A stretch of 64,000 nt of DNA from Callorhinchus milii (taxonomy: Eukaryota): positions 53,818,001 through 53,882,000 of the forward strand of contig NW_024704742.1 in assembly GCF_018977255.1 (NCBI RefSeq), read 5' to 3'. A program made the translations under genes and the position numbers. The notes under the pieces were generated by a model. It saw only the letters and a list, made by a program, of their open reading frames with translations, was not told the DNA's origin and did no database searches. Position 1 is the first letter of the stretch. Each line of letters starts with the position of its first letter. Of this stretch, positions 12,740 to 25,612 are shown one piece after another.

Positions 12740-13200
12740 GGAATCAGGAAGGGTGGAGGGTAGAGAGGATAGGAGGGTGGCCAAAGGCATGGTCAAAGAG
12801 GAAGGTCTTGAGGTGTGCGTTGAAGGAGGCAAGGGAGGGAGCAAGGCAAAGGGAATGTGGGATAGACTTCCAGAGGCTGAAGGCCCGACCGCTGATGATG
12901 GGGCAGGCCGGGCAGGGGGACATGGAGCAGGCCACAGCCTGCTGAGCGGAGGGAGCAGACAGGTTGCTAAGGGGTTAGCAGATCACAGAGGTAGGATGGG
13001 GAAAGGCTATGGAGGGCCTTGAAGGTGAGAACAAGAATTTTGAACTCGATCCTCTGAGGGATGGGGAGCCAGTGGAGTCGGGTGAGAGTGGAGGTGATGG
13101 GGTCACGGAGCCTGGTGCAGGAGAGGACACAAGTAGCAGAATTCTGGATGATCTGCAGCTTGTGGAGGGAAGAGTTGGGAAGGCCGACAAGCAGGGTGTT
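12740..13200 (-). mobile_element. L2 LINE 3' fragment
   Basis: Minus-strand ORF 'GRAFSLWKSIPHSLCLAPSLASFNAHLKTFLFDHAF' is an L2 ORF2 C-terminus. Confidence 0.88.
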
Positions 13201-13548
13201 GGCACCTTGATTTCATGTCTTATCCACAGGACAGTACCTCCAGCAACACAGCACTTCCAACAAACCAGAAATGCATTGGTATCACAAAGTATGGCTTCAA
13301 CCCACAACCTTCTGAGTCAGAGGCATTCGTACTACCAAAGAATTTATTTGACAGAATAGCTAATCCACATGGCCGGAAGGCAGGCAGTCTCAGGAAATTT
13401 ATTGCAAAGAACTTCAATTCTAGTTCTTCATATGAAGCAAACAAATATACATAATATATTGAGACATTGCTGCAATCCATAATATTCTCAACAATACACC
13501 TCAATAACTGGTCAACTTTTGTAATAAACAACATAGCAACACAAATTA

Positions 13549-13715
13549 CATAAGAACATAAAAAGTAGGAGCATGAGTAGGCCATTCGGCCCCTCAAGCC
13601 TGCCTTGTCATTTAATAAGATCATGGCTGATCTTCTAACCTAATTCCATGTCCCGGCCCTATCCCCATATCCCTTAAGTTTTTAAAAATCTATCAATCTC
13701 AGTCTTGAATATGAC
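13549..13715 (-). mobile_element. CR1 LINE 3'UTR fragment
   Basis: 'cataagaacata...gagtaggccattcggcccctcaagcctg' is a CR1 octamer-type tail and 3'UTR. Confidence 0.8.
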
Positions 13716-13989
13716 TTGAATTACATTTTAACTTCCAAGTGCTTTTGTCAATGCATTATTTTGAGTCAGGTTAATTCAGTAGGATAAGAAGGGATATAAC
13801 GTAAGTTAGAATTTTCACACTGTAAGCTGAACGAGTCTCATAGAAATTGCAAAATAAAGGTTATAAGGAGAACATTTGGGCCACTAAGCAAATGCTGATT
13901 CACTGGAGTTTGCATTCTTATGCCAATTCCCTATACTATCCTCATGCTCTTATATTATTTCTCTTTAAATTCTTATCCAATTCCTTTAT

Positions 13990-16303
13990 ACAACAACTTG
14001 TATTTATATAGCACCCCTCATGCAAGGTAGGTCCCAGAACCCTTGACAGTGGCGGAGCACAACTCTAAACCTGGAGGACGGGGAGGTGATCGTAGGCACT
14101 GTCGAATAGCAAGGTCTTCAGGTGCGACCTGAAGATGGGGAAGGAAGGGGTCAGACAAGGAAGGGATAAAGGAAGAATGTTCCAGAGTTTCGGGGCATAG
14201 TGGCTGAAAGTGGTCCACCAATGATGGAACAGAGGGCATGAGGGGCGTGCAGAAGCCCAGAGCTAGTTGAGTGGAGGCAGAGGGGTGTGAGGTAAGCAAG
14301 TCAGAGAGGTAGGGAGGTGCCAAGGCATGAAGGGATTTCAAAATGAGTGTGAGGATTAAAATCGATCCGTTCGGCGATAGGGGATAGTGGAGTCTGGCTT
14401 GAACTGATGTGATGGGGGTATGGAGTTTAGTGAGTATATTTAGTGAGTAGCGGAGTTTTGGATCAGCTGGATCCTGTGCATGGTGGAGCTGGGTTGACCA
14501 GCAAAGAAGGAATTTGAAAAGGCGAGTCGGGAGGTGATAAACACATGGATGAGTGTTTTGACCGCATTTGGGATAAGGTACAATCAGAGCCAGGCAATGT
14601 GGGAGAGGAAGGTGGTCCTGGTCAGAATGTGGGGCAGCAAGGACAGCTGTGGGTCGAACCTGATACCCTGGTTGCGCACCCATTAGGTGAGTCTGAGGGA
14701 TAGGCCAGGGGAGGAGGTCAGAGCCGCAGGATAGAAGATGTTGATGGGAGCCAATGAGTATGACTTCCGTCTCCTGAAAAAACCTTCCCTGGATCCATCC
14801 CTCCTCTCATTTCTAACCTCCCATTACTCTCCAAGGTCCTGGAACGAGGTGTCGTGTCCCAGCTCCACTCCTTTCTCTCTCACCATTCCCTCTTTGAACC
14901 CCTCCAATCCGACGTCCGCGCTGCCCACAGCACGGAAACAGCCCTGGTCAAAGTCACTAATGACATTCTGAACATCTGTGAACATGGCTTTCTCTGCCTC
15001 CTTGTCCTCCTCGACCACTCTGCCGCCTTCGACACTGTCGATCACTCCATCCTCATACACCGCCTCTCCGCTTTACTCAATCTTCACGTACCTGCCCTTG
15101 CCTGGTTCGATTCCTATCTTTCTCCCCATCTGCACTTTGTTGCCTCTAAAGGTTTCTCCTCCAGCCCCTGCACTGTTACATCTGGCGTCCCCCAGGGCTC
15201 TGTCCTTGGCCCTCTCCTCTTTAATATCTACATGCTTCCCCTAGGTGACATCATCTGTAGACATGGGGTCAACTTCCCAACTCTATCATTCTACCTCCAC
15301 CCTCAACTCCAGGACCACTGCTGTCCTGACAGACGGCCTGTCGGACATCAAGTCCTGGATGAGGGAGAATTTTCTACAGTTGAATGTGAACAAGACTGAG
15401 GCCCTCCTGATTGGGTCATGCCAGAGCCTCAGGCTCTGGCAACATCAACCTCCATCGTTGCTCACTACAACTCACCAAGCCCGTCAGGAACCAAGGTATC
15501 CTGTTCAACTCTCAACTGTCTTTTCTCCCCCACATTCAAGCCATGACCTGCTCTGCCTTCCCTCACCTCCGTAACATCGCCCGACTCCGCCACTACCTCA
15601 CCCCTCAGGCCGCTGAAACTCTTGTTCATGCCTTCATCACCTCCAGGCTCGACTATGCAAACACCCTGCTTGTCGGCCTTCCCAACTCCTCCCTCCACAG
15701 GCTGCAGATAAACCAGAACTCTGCAGCCCGTGTCCTCTCCCGCACCAAACTCCATGACCCCATCTCCCCCATTCTCGTCCGACTGCATTGGCTCCCTATC
15801 CTTCAGAGGATCCAGTTCAAGATCCTGGTCCTCACATACAAGGCCCTCCATGGCCTCACCCCACCCTACCTCTGTGACCTCCTAACCCCCTACCAACCCG
15901 CCCGTTCCCTCCTCTCAGCCGGCTCTGGCCTGCTCCACATCCCCCAACCCACCCGCTCCACCATTGGCGGGAGAGCCTTCAGCCACTCTGCCCCCAACCT
16001 CTGGAATTCCATCCCCCAGTCACTCCGCCTCCTTAGCCTCCTTCAAGTCCCGCCTCAAGACCCTCCTCTTCAACCATGCCATCGGCCACATCCCTTCCCC
16101 TCCCCTCCCTTCTCCCCCCCCCGAACCTCAGCTCGGGTCTGAAATGCTGTACTCTGTCCAGCACCTTGTGATGTCCTCCCAACGTGAAAGGCGCTATACA
16201 AATGTAATCTTGTTGTTGTTGTCTTGTCAACATTTAGTTGTAGGAAGTGTTTGCTCATCCATGCCCTGATGTCTGCCAGACAAGCCAAGAGAACAATGGC
16301 GGA
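13990..16303 (-). mobile_element. L2 LINE (host) split into 13990-14772 and 16221-16303 by a nested L2
   Basis: Rejoining the two parts restores ...WMSKHFLQLNVDKT-EVILIGS... in frame; the 3' tail is at 13990. Confidence 0.85.
14773..16220 (+). mobile_element. L2 LINE, 5'-truncated ~1.45 kb, frameshifted reverse transcriptase pseudo-ORF
   Basis: RT motifs HSTETALVKVTND, LVLLDHSAAFDTVDH, GVPQGSVLGPLLFNIYM and WMRENFLQLNVNKTE; the YADD segment is deleted; (TTG)n tail. Confidence 0.95.
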
Positions 16304-16589
16304 TCTTGGGCATCCTCCGATGTGAAAGGCGCTATATAAATGTAATTTATTGTTGTTCAAAGGTACTTCAGGTTATTGAAAATCTAGATACACGACATGA
16401 ATAACAGAACATAGAAAATGCTCTTCATGTCAAGGTCTCTTCAAAGCTACTTTAATCAATCATCCACCTTTTTTTAAAATCAAAATTATGCTTGAGAGTA
16501 GAAAGCAACAATGATCGTAATAGGTTAGTTGTACTAGAGACATTGAATAGCAGTTTGTAAAATGGAAATTGGTGCTATGTTGGGCAGTA

Positions 16590-17225
16590 ATGGGAGTGCT
16601 GCATTGTATCCTTCAGACGAGATATTAAACAGAGGTCCCATCTGCCAGTTCATGTTGATGTTAAGGACCTGAGGGCATTATTTAAAAAAAATAGAGTTTC
16701 TTCTCATGTCCTGGCCAACAATCCTCCAGATAAAGATTCATCATTCACTTCTCTTTGACCGTGCCTTCATCTCCCCTCTCGACTCTCTTCCCCCTCCTCG
16801 CTCCCTCCCTTCCCTCCCCTCACCCTGACCATTTCCCCCCTCCTTGCTCCCTCCCTTCCCTCCCCTCACCCTGACCATTTCCCCCCTCCTCGCTCCCTCC
16901 CTTCCCTCCCCTCACCCTGACCATTTCCCCCTCCTCGCTCCCTCCCTTCCCTCCCCTCACCCTGACCATTTCCCCCCTGCTCGGGTCATGACCCAACTGT
17001 GCAGCGCCTTGGGACGTCCTCCTGACGTGAAAGGCGCTTTATAAATGGAATCTTGTTGTTGTTGTTGTTGTTGTTCATGGCTGTTAGTGGCACATTGCTG
17101 TGCACAACTTAGTTGCATTTTCCTTCAAGTACACAGTCACAATTCACAGTAAGATCCTATAAAACGGTTTGAGACATCCAGACGACATGTTAAGACGCTA
17201 CATCAAATACAATGATTATAATTGT
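16590..17225 (+). mobile_element. Deu-domain SINE split by an L2 3' fragment (16752-17073)
   Basis: Deu core at 16608-16670; the body is broken between 'cattcacttc' and 'atggctgttagtgg'. Confidence 0.75.
16788..16977. repeat. Minisatellite, four copies of a 45-46-bp pyrimidine-rich unit
   Basis: Unit 'cctcctcgctccctcccttccctcccctcaccctgaccatttcccc' with periods of 46, 46 and 45 bp. Confidence 0.95.
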
Positions 17226-17994
17226 TATAAAAAGCTGATACTGTCAATCAGTGTCAGCCAGGATTGAAGCCTGTTCAAAGATCTCTTCCTCCTATCAAAT
17301 TGGATCTTTCCATGTTCCATCAAAGTATTGTCAGATAGTGTGTAGGTGCAAGATAGGCACCAATTGATGTATAAAATCAGGTGAAATAGTGAAAATTCAA
17401 TGGATAAGGTGTTGCCTAAAGTATCAGAATGGAATCTCTGCTTACAAAGGATTTTCAACGAAAAAATATGACATTGTCAGTGCTCATCATGATCCCATTA
17501 CACAGCCTACTCAACAAACTGAAACTGTGGAGATTGTTTAAATATGAATAAAAAGATGGAACCACACTGCACTGAGTAGTACCCTGTAATTCATCAACAT
17601 AAGTTGCTACCTGATCGTACTAATGTACAGTTTCCTGCGAAGCAGTTTGTAAGGTACCCTTCAAAGTAGCATCATAACAACAGATGGAATGCTTAAGAGA
17701 AGAATCATTCTGATTCAAGCAATACATCTTGGCAAAATAGCTGCACATTAATCAGGATTCAATTATATTACATTGGGCTTCAATAAGGTGTGGTTGACAA
17801 CAGGAGTCACTAATAGCAATTCCAAGTTGCTGTAGGCCAACCCACAGGTCAATTTGACACGGTTTCAGTTACCAGTGGGAAGTTCAATTACAACCACATT
17901 AATTTAATATTCATATAGCGTCTTTCACTTCAGCAGGACATCTCAAACACGTCACAGAATGGGCAGAGAGGTCCAAACCAGTCAAGCAGCAGGA

Positions 17995-18112
17995 AAGCTT
18001 CCATTCCAACAAACATCTCCGGAATTTCCATGTGTAGGTGAGATGCATGGAATTCAGTTTGGTTTGGATACTCTTAAGCATGGTGATGGGTTTCCACATG
18101 TGTCAGACACCC
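17995..18112. repeat. Unclassified interspersed repeat, copy C (partial)
   Basis: 'ttggtttggatactcttaagcatggtgatgggtttccacatgtgtcagacaccc' matches 36572-36625. Confidence 0.75.
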
Positions 18113-19609
18113 CAAAAAAGAGGCATTCCTGAGGAGACGAGTAGCAGCTTAATAGTCCTTACATTTGATATACTGCTGCATCACTTAATCAAAATATTTC
18201 AAAGAACTTCACAGGGCTTACTGCAATGAGTGACGTTTGTAGTGTATTTTGTACTTAAATTATAAACTGCCTCCTAATAGACCCCATTGTTAACTATAAT
18301 TTAGGTGAATATTTACTGCTTTTTTTTACAGTTGATTAATTGTTCATATTTTCTCAGTGCTAGCATTTCAAATAAATGGTTCAATTTAGGTCAAGGAGAC
18401 CAATTCAATTACAATATTGTTGAGTTTTGATACCCCTACTTGGGTAGTGAATATTGTATTGTTTGTTTCACACTTGATCAATGAATGTTCAAGTACTTGT
18501 GACATTGATTTTTTTTCTGCATAATGTCTAAAATAAAAGTGACTTGAAAATAAGAAAAAGAAACTCAATTTGGTAATATGTATCCGAAGAATGGATGCTG
18601 CTGCAATTAAAATGGGTCAATCAATGGCGATTGATTCACCTTAAATGTGATTTATAAAACTGGAGAGCACAAGTACAACACATTAAATTGGATTGAAATT
18701 TAGTGGACATTTCCCTATTGAAGAATGAACATCTGTAACATCTGGAACACCTGTACCAAAACTTCTGATGTTACAAAACCCTTTTTCACCCTTAGCCTTG
18801 GGGGTCGTTTCTCAGCCAAATAAAACCTGTCTCCTTAAAATGATTGGCAAGAGCATGATGAAATTCCAAATTAAAAAGATACAAAAGAGTTATACTGAAT
18901 AAGAATGTAAAAAAATACATATTTCTTTTTAAAAAAATGTAAAATTAAAGTTGAAATAAGTTCATGTAATAGTTTGCAACAACAACTTGCATGCATATAG
19001 CACCTTTCACATAGGGTAGCATCCCAATGCACTGAGTTTAGGGTAACTATGATAGTAATAAATCTATTCCTAACATTTGAGTAATTGTATTACTATGATA
19101 TTACTTGTATTTCAGTGCCATAGTAAGTCAGTTGGAAACTTACCAAAGCATCAGGTTTGGGGAGACAGTTGTTTCATGGACCCTGATGAAAGTTTAAGGG
19201 TTAAAAAGGGGCAGTATAAATACATATTTAGTAATAAACCTGAAGTTTACAAGCATGTGGATAGACAGAGATGATCAAGTATTTTATGCAGCTGGTGTGA
19301 AGGAGCATGTCATCTGTGCAATGTCAGGTTCAGGATTGACTAATCTAAATTGTAATTAGATTAAAAGAATATTGCTCATTTCACCCTGTGAAGAAAGGTT
19401 CTGCAATGTTTCTGTTTCTACTCAAAAGTAAATCAAGCAGAAATCTACATTACCCATTTGACTTTACATCCTACATGATTCTTCCCTGAATGGTTGCCTT
19501 CCTTCGCATGATATGCAAGGCCTCAGCAGTTCAGAATCATTATTTTCTATGCAGCATTCAATCATTTGCACCTGTACATAATCCTTCATCTGAGCTCCCA
19601 TTGATGTCC

Positions 19610-19772
19610 TAATAGGTAAAGGCATTGCCCAGTCAGGTCATACGACATACGCATGAGCAAATTGCAAGTTCTACTGAGTTACTTGATCTCACCTGGGGCA
19701 ACAGTTGGAGCATTAAATTAGCACCACTGCCCGAGGTTAGACAGGGTGAAATCAGCCAGGAATCTGTTTCCA
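19610..19772 (+). mobile_element. AmnSINE2-like ancient SINE relic (5' part)
   Basis: 'ctgagttacttgatctcacctggggcaacagttggagc...aaatcagccagg' resembles the AmnSINE2 consensus as I recall it, and resembles 29455-30005. Confidence 0.5.
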
Positions 19773-19944
19773 GTTGAAGTACATTACATTTATCTAATTA
19801 AAATCCTTCTGCTATCCCTTAGCTCATTCCTTTTTACTAATGCACACCCCCTTGAATAGAATTGAATAGAATCAATTCCACTTACACTGGCCATTTTCCC
19901 TCCTCTATAACATGTATGAATAGTGTGAACGGAAGGGGAAAATT

Positions 19945-20307
19945 TGTTTTCAAATCCCTTCATGCCCTGGTACCTCCCTACCTCTCCGACCTGCTTATGC
20001 CAGAAGCCACAACCTGCTGTCTTCGCTCAACAGGCTTTAACCTCCTGCTTGTGCCTCTAGCCCTCCGTTCCACCATAAGTGGCTGCACTTTCAGCCACGA
20101 CATTTTGAAACTCTGGAACACTCTTCCTCTATCTCTCCACCTTGCCCCTGCTTCCTCATCTTCAGGTCATGCCTGAAGACCTTCCTCTTTGACCGTGCCT
20201 ATGGTCGCCTCTTCCTCCCCCCAACTCGGTGTCATGCTCCGCCACTTTCAAGTGCTCTGGGACACTACTCTGCTTGAGGGGCGCTATATAAATGCAAGTT
20301 GTTGTTG
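19945..20307 (+). mobile_element. L2 LINE 3' fragment
   Basis: ORF segment 'FKSLHALVPPYLSDLL...KLWNTLP' and tail 'gcgctatataaatgcaagttgttgttg'. Confidence 0.88.
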
Positions 20308-22621
20308 TACATCCCAAAGAACTCTTACTAGCCTGAACCAAACAGAACTTGTATCCAGTTGATACTTTCTGCCTTCTATTGTCAAATAGCCTTTTCAAGT
20401 GGAAGCTATAAATTCTATGGCATTATTCGAAAAGTGAAGGAACTTTTTCTCCCAGTTTCCTGGCCAACAATCCTCCAAATTAAATTAATCATTCATTTCA
20501 TGGTTGTTTATGAGACATTGTTGTCACCAAATGGCGGCCACGTTCGCCTACACAGTGATTCCACTTTATAGCATTGTGCTTTGATGTGTCCTCTTGATAT
20601 TAAATCGCTATATAAATTGTAACAATTATCATCATTATTAAATATTATTATTATTAACAAATTGTTCAATTGATCAGACTATTATCATAGCTTCTGACTG
20701 GATCAGCAAACAATTTGCTTGCTGCATTCACTGGAGGTGACGCTGCACTGATTGAAAAATTATCTTTCGTCATTCCAATCTTATAAAGGGAAGATCGGTA
20801 AAGTAATCTACAAGCGAAAACTCCTCCTTATTTCTCAGGTTGGTAAATTTTCTGAGAGAGAATCACTCCCATTATGTTTAACCTATATTGAATTTTATTA
20901 ATTTTGTTAATCCTGAATTGTCATCTGGAAAACAGTTATTTCAGAAAATCATATTTGGAGTCAGTAAGCAGTGACAATGTAATCATTGCAATGATTATAA
21001 AATGTATACATATCAAACATAACTTGACTATACCACCGTCCTTGTGTCACAACAATGAGCTTTCATGTCAAAAGCCATAACACTTAGTGAAGTTCTGAAT
21101 TACATAGAACATCAGCAGATTTACAACCATACTAAAAAAGTCACTCTCATCGCAACTCCTTCTTTCGCAACAGAGAAACACAATTACAAAACAAGAGTAA
21201 GCAGCAAAAGTACTTTATAGGGAAGATCAGTAAATGCACCTATAAGTGATGAATGACTCCTCCTCTCCCCTGAGCTTGGTAAATTCACTGCTGGAGAATA
21301 TTTACTATCATGCGTAAATTATAAAGAATTGAGTTGAAAATGGGGTATTTGTAACTGCTCTGATTCTGACTCCTGGTTGTGATTGCTGGTGCGTGTGTGT
21401 GGGGGTGGGGAGGGAATCTTTTGCTTTGGGCTACTTCCAGTGCCTTCGAGCGGCTACCCCAAATGAAGGGTGCTAAATGAATGCAAGTTGTTGTTGTTTC
21501 TCAGTTGAGAGAAGACCTGAAAAATCTGGCAAAAGTTCATAAAGGAAATCAATAGCCATAAAATAACCTTTTTGGAACAGCAATTTCCCCTCCTCCCCCA
21601 AAATATTTCAGTCAAATTGGTAGTGACATTAATTGCAAAACAGAATGAGCTATTTGTGCAGTGACTTCCAACTTTCGAACATCACATTTTCACTTCAATA
21701 TCTAATTCCACACAGTGAATTTCAGGTAATAATCAATGTTGAGTTTGAATTAATACTCTCAGAGTCAGATTGGGTGGGCTTGGCTGCTAACTGAAAGTCA
21801 TAACAAGGAGGGTGATACAAGCCAGACAAGCAGGGGGCAGTTTACAGCTTTAGATAGTCCAATTTCAGCAGTATCTAAATGCATAACTTGTGGTCCCTAA
21901 TGACTTAGCTACTGCCAACCCACATCTATGTTCGTCAGGCACAGGCGTGTGCACTGAATAGCTAACCTATAATTTACTGAAGTGAATTGGCATCTTCTAC
22001 ATATTTTGTATGAAGTGTCCACTGCACTAATGTTGCCAATAATGGGAGTTAGTTCAAGATGCATGCGTCTGATTTTCTTCATTTACAGGAAGGTGAATTC
22101 ACTACAAATTTCAACAGATTTTATCTATAAAGCAGCGAGTGTATGGATACTGAATAAGCTACTCCCCTCTCAATCTGAGGACTAATGACTAGTGTGAGTG
22201 GACATTTACTGAAAAAGTGAAATCAAATCAGCACTAAAGAATACAATGAATACTAAAAGCTGCATTTGCTCCTTTTAGAAGCACTCATGAAGGCTATTTG
22301 CTCCAGACAACACTTCTCAGCATCAGTTCACAAAGTGGATGTAAATGAAAACACAATCACGAAGGCTACACTCTCAGTATACTAATGTTTTTTTCTGCCA
22401 TTCAAAACATCCATGCCCAGATTTTAACTTCCTGTCTTAAAAATTATTTGCTGTCTACATAAAAGTATGGGCTCGATTCTTTTGTGATTTGCCCTTTAAC
22501 ATCTGATGAACTACACACATGCGCAAATGCATTTCACTTTAAGTTGCTAAATCTTCAATTAAATCTGAGGTGAAGCAAAAATCAAACCGCCTTTATAGTT
22601 TTGACTAAAAACTGCACTTAC

Positions 22622-22816
22622 CACAGAGAATTTCATTACTTTCAAGATCCATATGGTCAGTGCAAGATTGACAATCATTGTAACCATGAGGAGAAGGACA
22701 AAAAAGTACAGACACCGCTTCCGCCACCCATAAATTCCTACTTGAAAGACTTGCTGACTTTCAGGTCTCTGTAGGTTGTTATGCTGCGTTGCCAGAATAT
22801 ACTGTTCCCGTGTCAT
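22622..22816 (-). CDS. SGCZ: Zeta-sarcoglycan coding exon (equivalent to human exon 2): cytoplasmic N-terminus and type II transmembrane helix
   Basis: Translates as [65 protein letters not shown] (65 codons, 195 bp). Acceptor ttttcatttgcAG|ATG, donor [19 protein letters not shown] is the gamma/delta/zeta-sarcoglycan signature, and [11 protein letters not shown] and VTMIVNLA match zeta. Confidence 0.95.
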
Positions 22817-23074
22817 CTGCAAATGAAAACAACACCATTACTAAACTAAACGTCAACTCCTCAGCTAGCAGTGTAACTTCAAATCATATGTAGAATAATG
22901 ATTGCTTGGGGGGGTTCAAGCCACAACGTCAATCAAGATGAAGTTACTGCGTAGGTGTGCAGGGCCATCAGCAATGACGTATATAATGGCACACATTCAA
23001 AATTGTAGAAAAATAATCTAGACATGATGATATAAGACACACATTTTACAAAGAAAAGACTCTTTTGGGAAATA

Positions 23075-23097
23075 CAGATAGACAGATAGATAGATAG
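23075..23097. repeat. Short (GATA)n/(GACA) microsatellite
   Basis: 'cagatagacagatagatagatag'. Confidence 0.8.
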
Positions 23098-25612
23098 TTA
23101 GCTGTATATTGTAACAAAACTGTACAGTTGAGACCCCAGTGAAACCGAATCCTATTTAATTTTCTCACTGCTGAAAATAATTACATTCAGTCTGCTGTGA
23201 TTTAAGATCAATGAGATTAATAATGAGATAAATCCCCTACTTCATACTCATCTGCTTCTAATTTGCAATCCAATAGTTTCTCTTAAATACAGAACTGGTT
23301 CACCCAGTTCTAAATCTTCATCTTTGGATTTTTAATGTGATGAGTTTTATTTTAAAATGTGAAGTAATAAAAGATGACATCTCAATATTGAATGTCCATG
23401 CTGTTTGGGTTATATTTGTTTTCTGTTTTACTTAAACATATTTTATTAACCGTGGTTTTCATTTCCACAAAACTGGATTTACATTTGATTTCAAGCAGTT
23501 TAGTGAAATTCAGCCGGTCAATGTGTTATCTCTATTGGCAATTATTCTTGTTCAGGATCAATTCTATACTGGAAAGTAGGAGATAAACATACTGTGAAAG
23601 GACTCAATTATTCATTGCAGTCCTCAATTATTTGGTAAACCACGGTCTAGTTGGCAACTGTGAATTTAGAAGAGTTTAACAATGTTTGACATGGATTTGT
23701 ATTGAGAGTCACTGACCATCTTATCCAAGCACGACAAAAGAGCAATGCAAGGACTGGGGCACTAAAGCTGTCCATCAAAACTTGTAATTTATATGTGTCA
23801 TGTTTTAATCTATACACTCACCATGTTTATGTCCATGTATATAATTTAAAATAATAATCCTTGCAGACTATGTAATATTTTTGAGTGTTAAAGCGCGCAA
23901 AATGGCAAAGTGATACAAAGGGATTTGTTGTCAATTAAACCAAACTACCAAGTGCAATTTTAATGGCTTTAGGTTCTGAATGGTACCATTCTCACAGTAT
24001 ATATCCAGTAGATATAATAGATATATGCCTTGAACATTAATAGTCATTAAAGACTATAAAGAGTAAAGCCACGCAGAAATACCAGATGTTTTCCTCCCTG
24101 ACATTGTTGTTTAGACTTTGCCAACTTGGGACTCGTGACAAGACAGCTACACGATACGAACTTGCATTTATACAGTACCTTTCATATAAGAAAATGTCTC
24201 AGAGGGTTTCACAAAGATCATGTTAGACACTGAGCTACAGAGGATGGAGAGGGGAAGGTAACCATAGGTGCAGTCAAAAAGGTAAATTTTTAGGTAGGAT
24301 TTACAGAGGTATAGAAAGTGAACAAATGGAGAGAGTTCCAGAGTTAGCATCATAGTTGTTGATTCACAATATTAACAAATTGGACGTCACAATTTTGTGA
24401 ATATAACATAATAGGTGCTAATATTGCAATTCTGCTGCATAGTGTGCAGCTTTTTGTTTTATTTCCGTACATTTATCTTTACTCATTTTCCCTGTGGACT
24501 TTGTAACCACTACGAGGTACAATAATTCAAAGATTACACAACCAGAAATTCACAAAAGTACAAAACCTCTTCCATTCGCCTACAAAATCATAATAATTAA
24601 TAATAATACTTACCATTCATATCATGCATCCATGTTTGGAAGATGTCTCAATGCATATCACAGGATGTACTGTAAAGTGGAATTACTGTGTGTTTTGTGA
24701 ATGACGGCGGCTGCTATTTTTTGCACAGCAACGTCCCACAAACAGAAATACACAGTCACTACACTTTACAATAAGTCCCGTGAAGCACTTTGAGATATCT
24801 TTCTGACATGGAAGGCACTATATCAAATGCAAGGATTATCTGTAATATACAGCAGGCAGGCACGAGTTCAGTGGGGCTAATACGTGGATTTATTTTACTA
24901 TACTGAGTAGAATAGAATATTTGTGCCGATTTTTTTAACAACATTTTCACAGAGTCATAGCTATGGGAATGTGAAAGTGTAAGCTCCTTGAAGACATGTA
25001 TTTGGCAAGAAACCGGTAAGGGCAAAACATTTGGAACAAAACAGAAGTTCAATATCTAATTAAAGAGAACATAGACATGGTGCCAACTCATTCACAAGCT
25101 CAATATTTACTGCTCATTAGCTCCAGTAGCAATTAAAAATCTGCTAATGTGCTGACTGTCTAGCTTATCAATTGTTTGAAAAATACTATAACAATAGTGC
25201 ACTTATATAGGGGAGTTTCTTCCAATGTTCTCTTAAACAACCCTTCAGATAAAATTGATCATTCACTTCTTGGCTGTTTGTGGGACATTGCCGTGCGCAA
25301 ACTTCATTGCCAAGTTCACCTACAAAATACACAGTTACTACACTTTATATTACATCACAAGATCACAAGTTTAGTTTGGATGAAGAAGGCCCTTTGGCCC
25401 ATTTTATTTAATCTCATACTTCCAGTGGAATGCTTTGAGATGTCCTGACTTGAAAGGCACTGCATCAAATACAAGGATTATTATTAGTTCACATAGGATT
25501 ACGTCTTGGAGCACTTTACAGTGAACCCAAGCAAAGTGGGAGATGGGAAAGGTGGGGCAGGATTGGGGTGACCAAAGCTGTGTGTCAAAAGATTGATTTT
25601 TAGGAAGCATTT

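Noticed and set aside
14854..16142. 181-aa and 243-aa ORFs as a functional reverse transcriptase gene
   Set aside because: The element is 5'-truncated and frameshifted and lacks the catalytic YADD segment; it is a dead L2 copy.
16788..16977. CRISPR-like array
   Set aside because: The units are contiguous with no unique spacers and the context is eukaryotic; it is a minisatellite.
1..22621. Next SGCZ exon (DGMGNL...)
   Set aside because: I saw no matching minus-strand segment. It probably lies beyond the window, although a short exon could be missed by eye.
22559..22822. 87-aa single-exon ORF as given in the ORF track
   Set aside because: Homology stops at the splice sites; the extra residues (MQ and VSAVF...) are intronic read-through.
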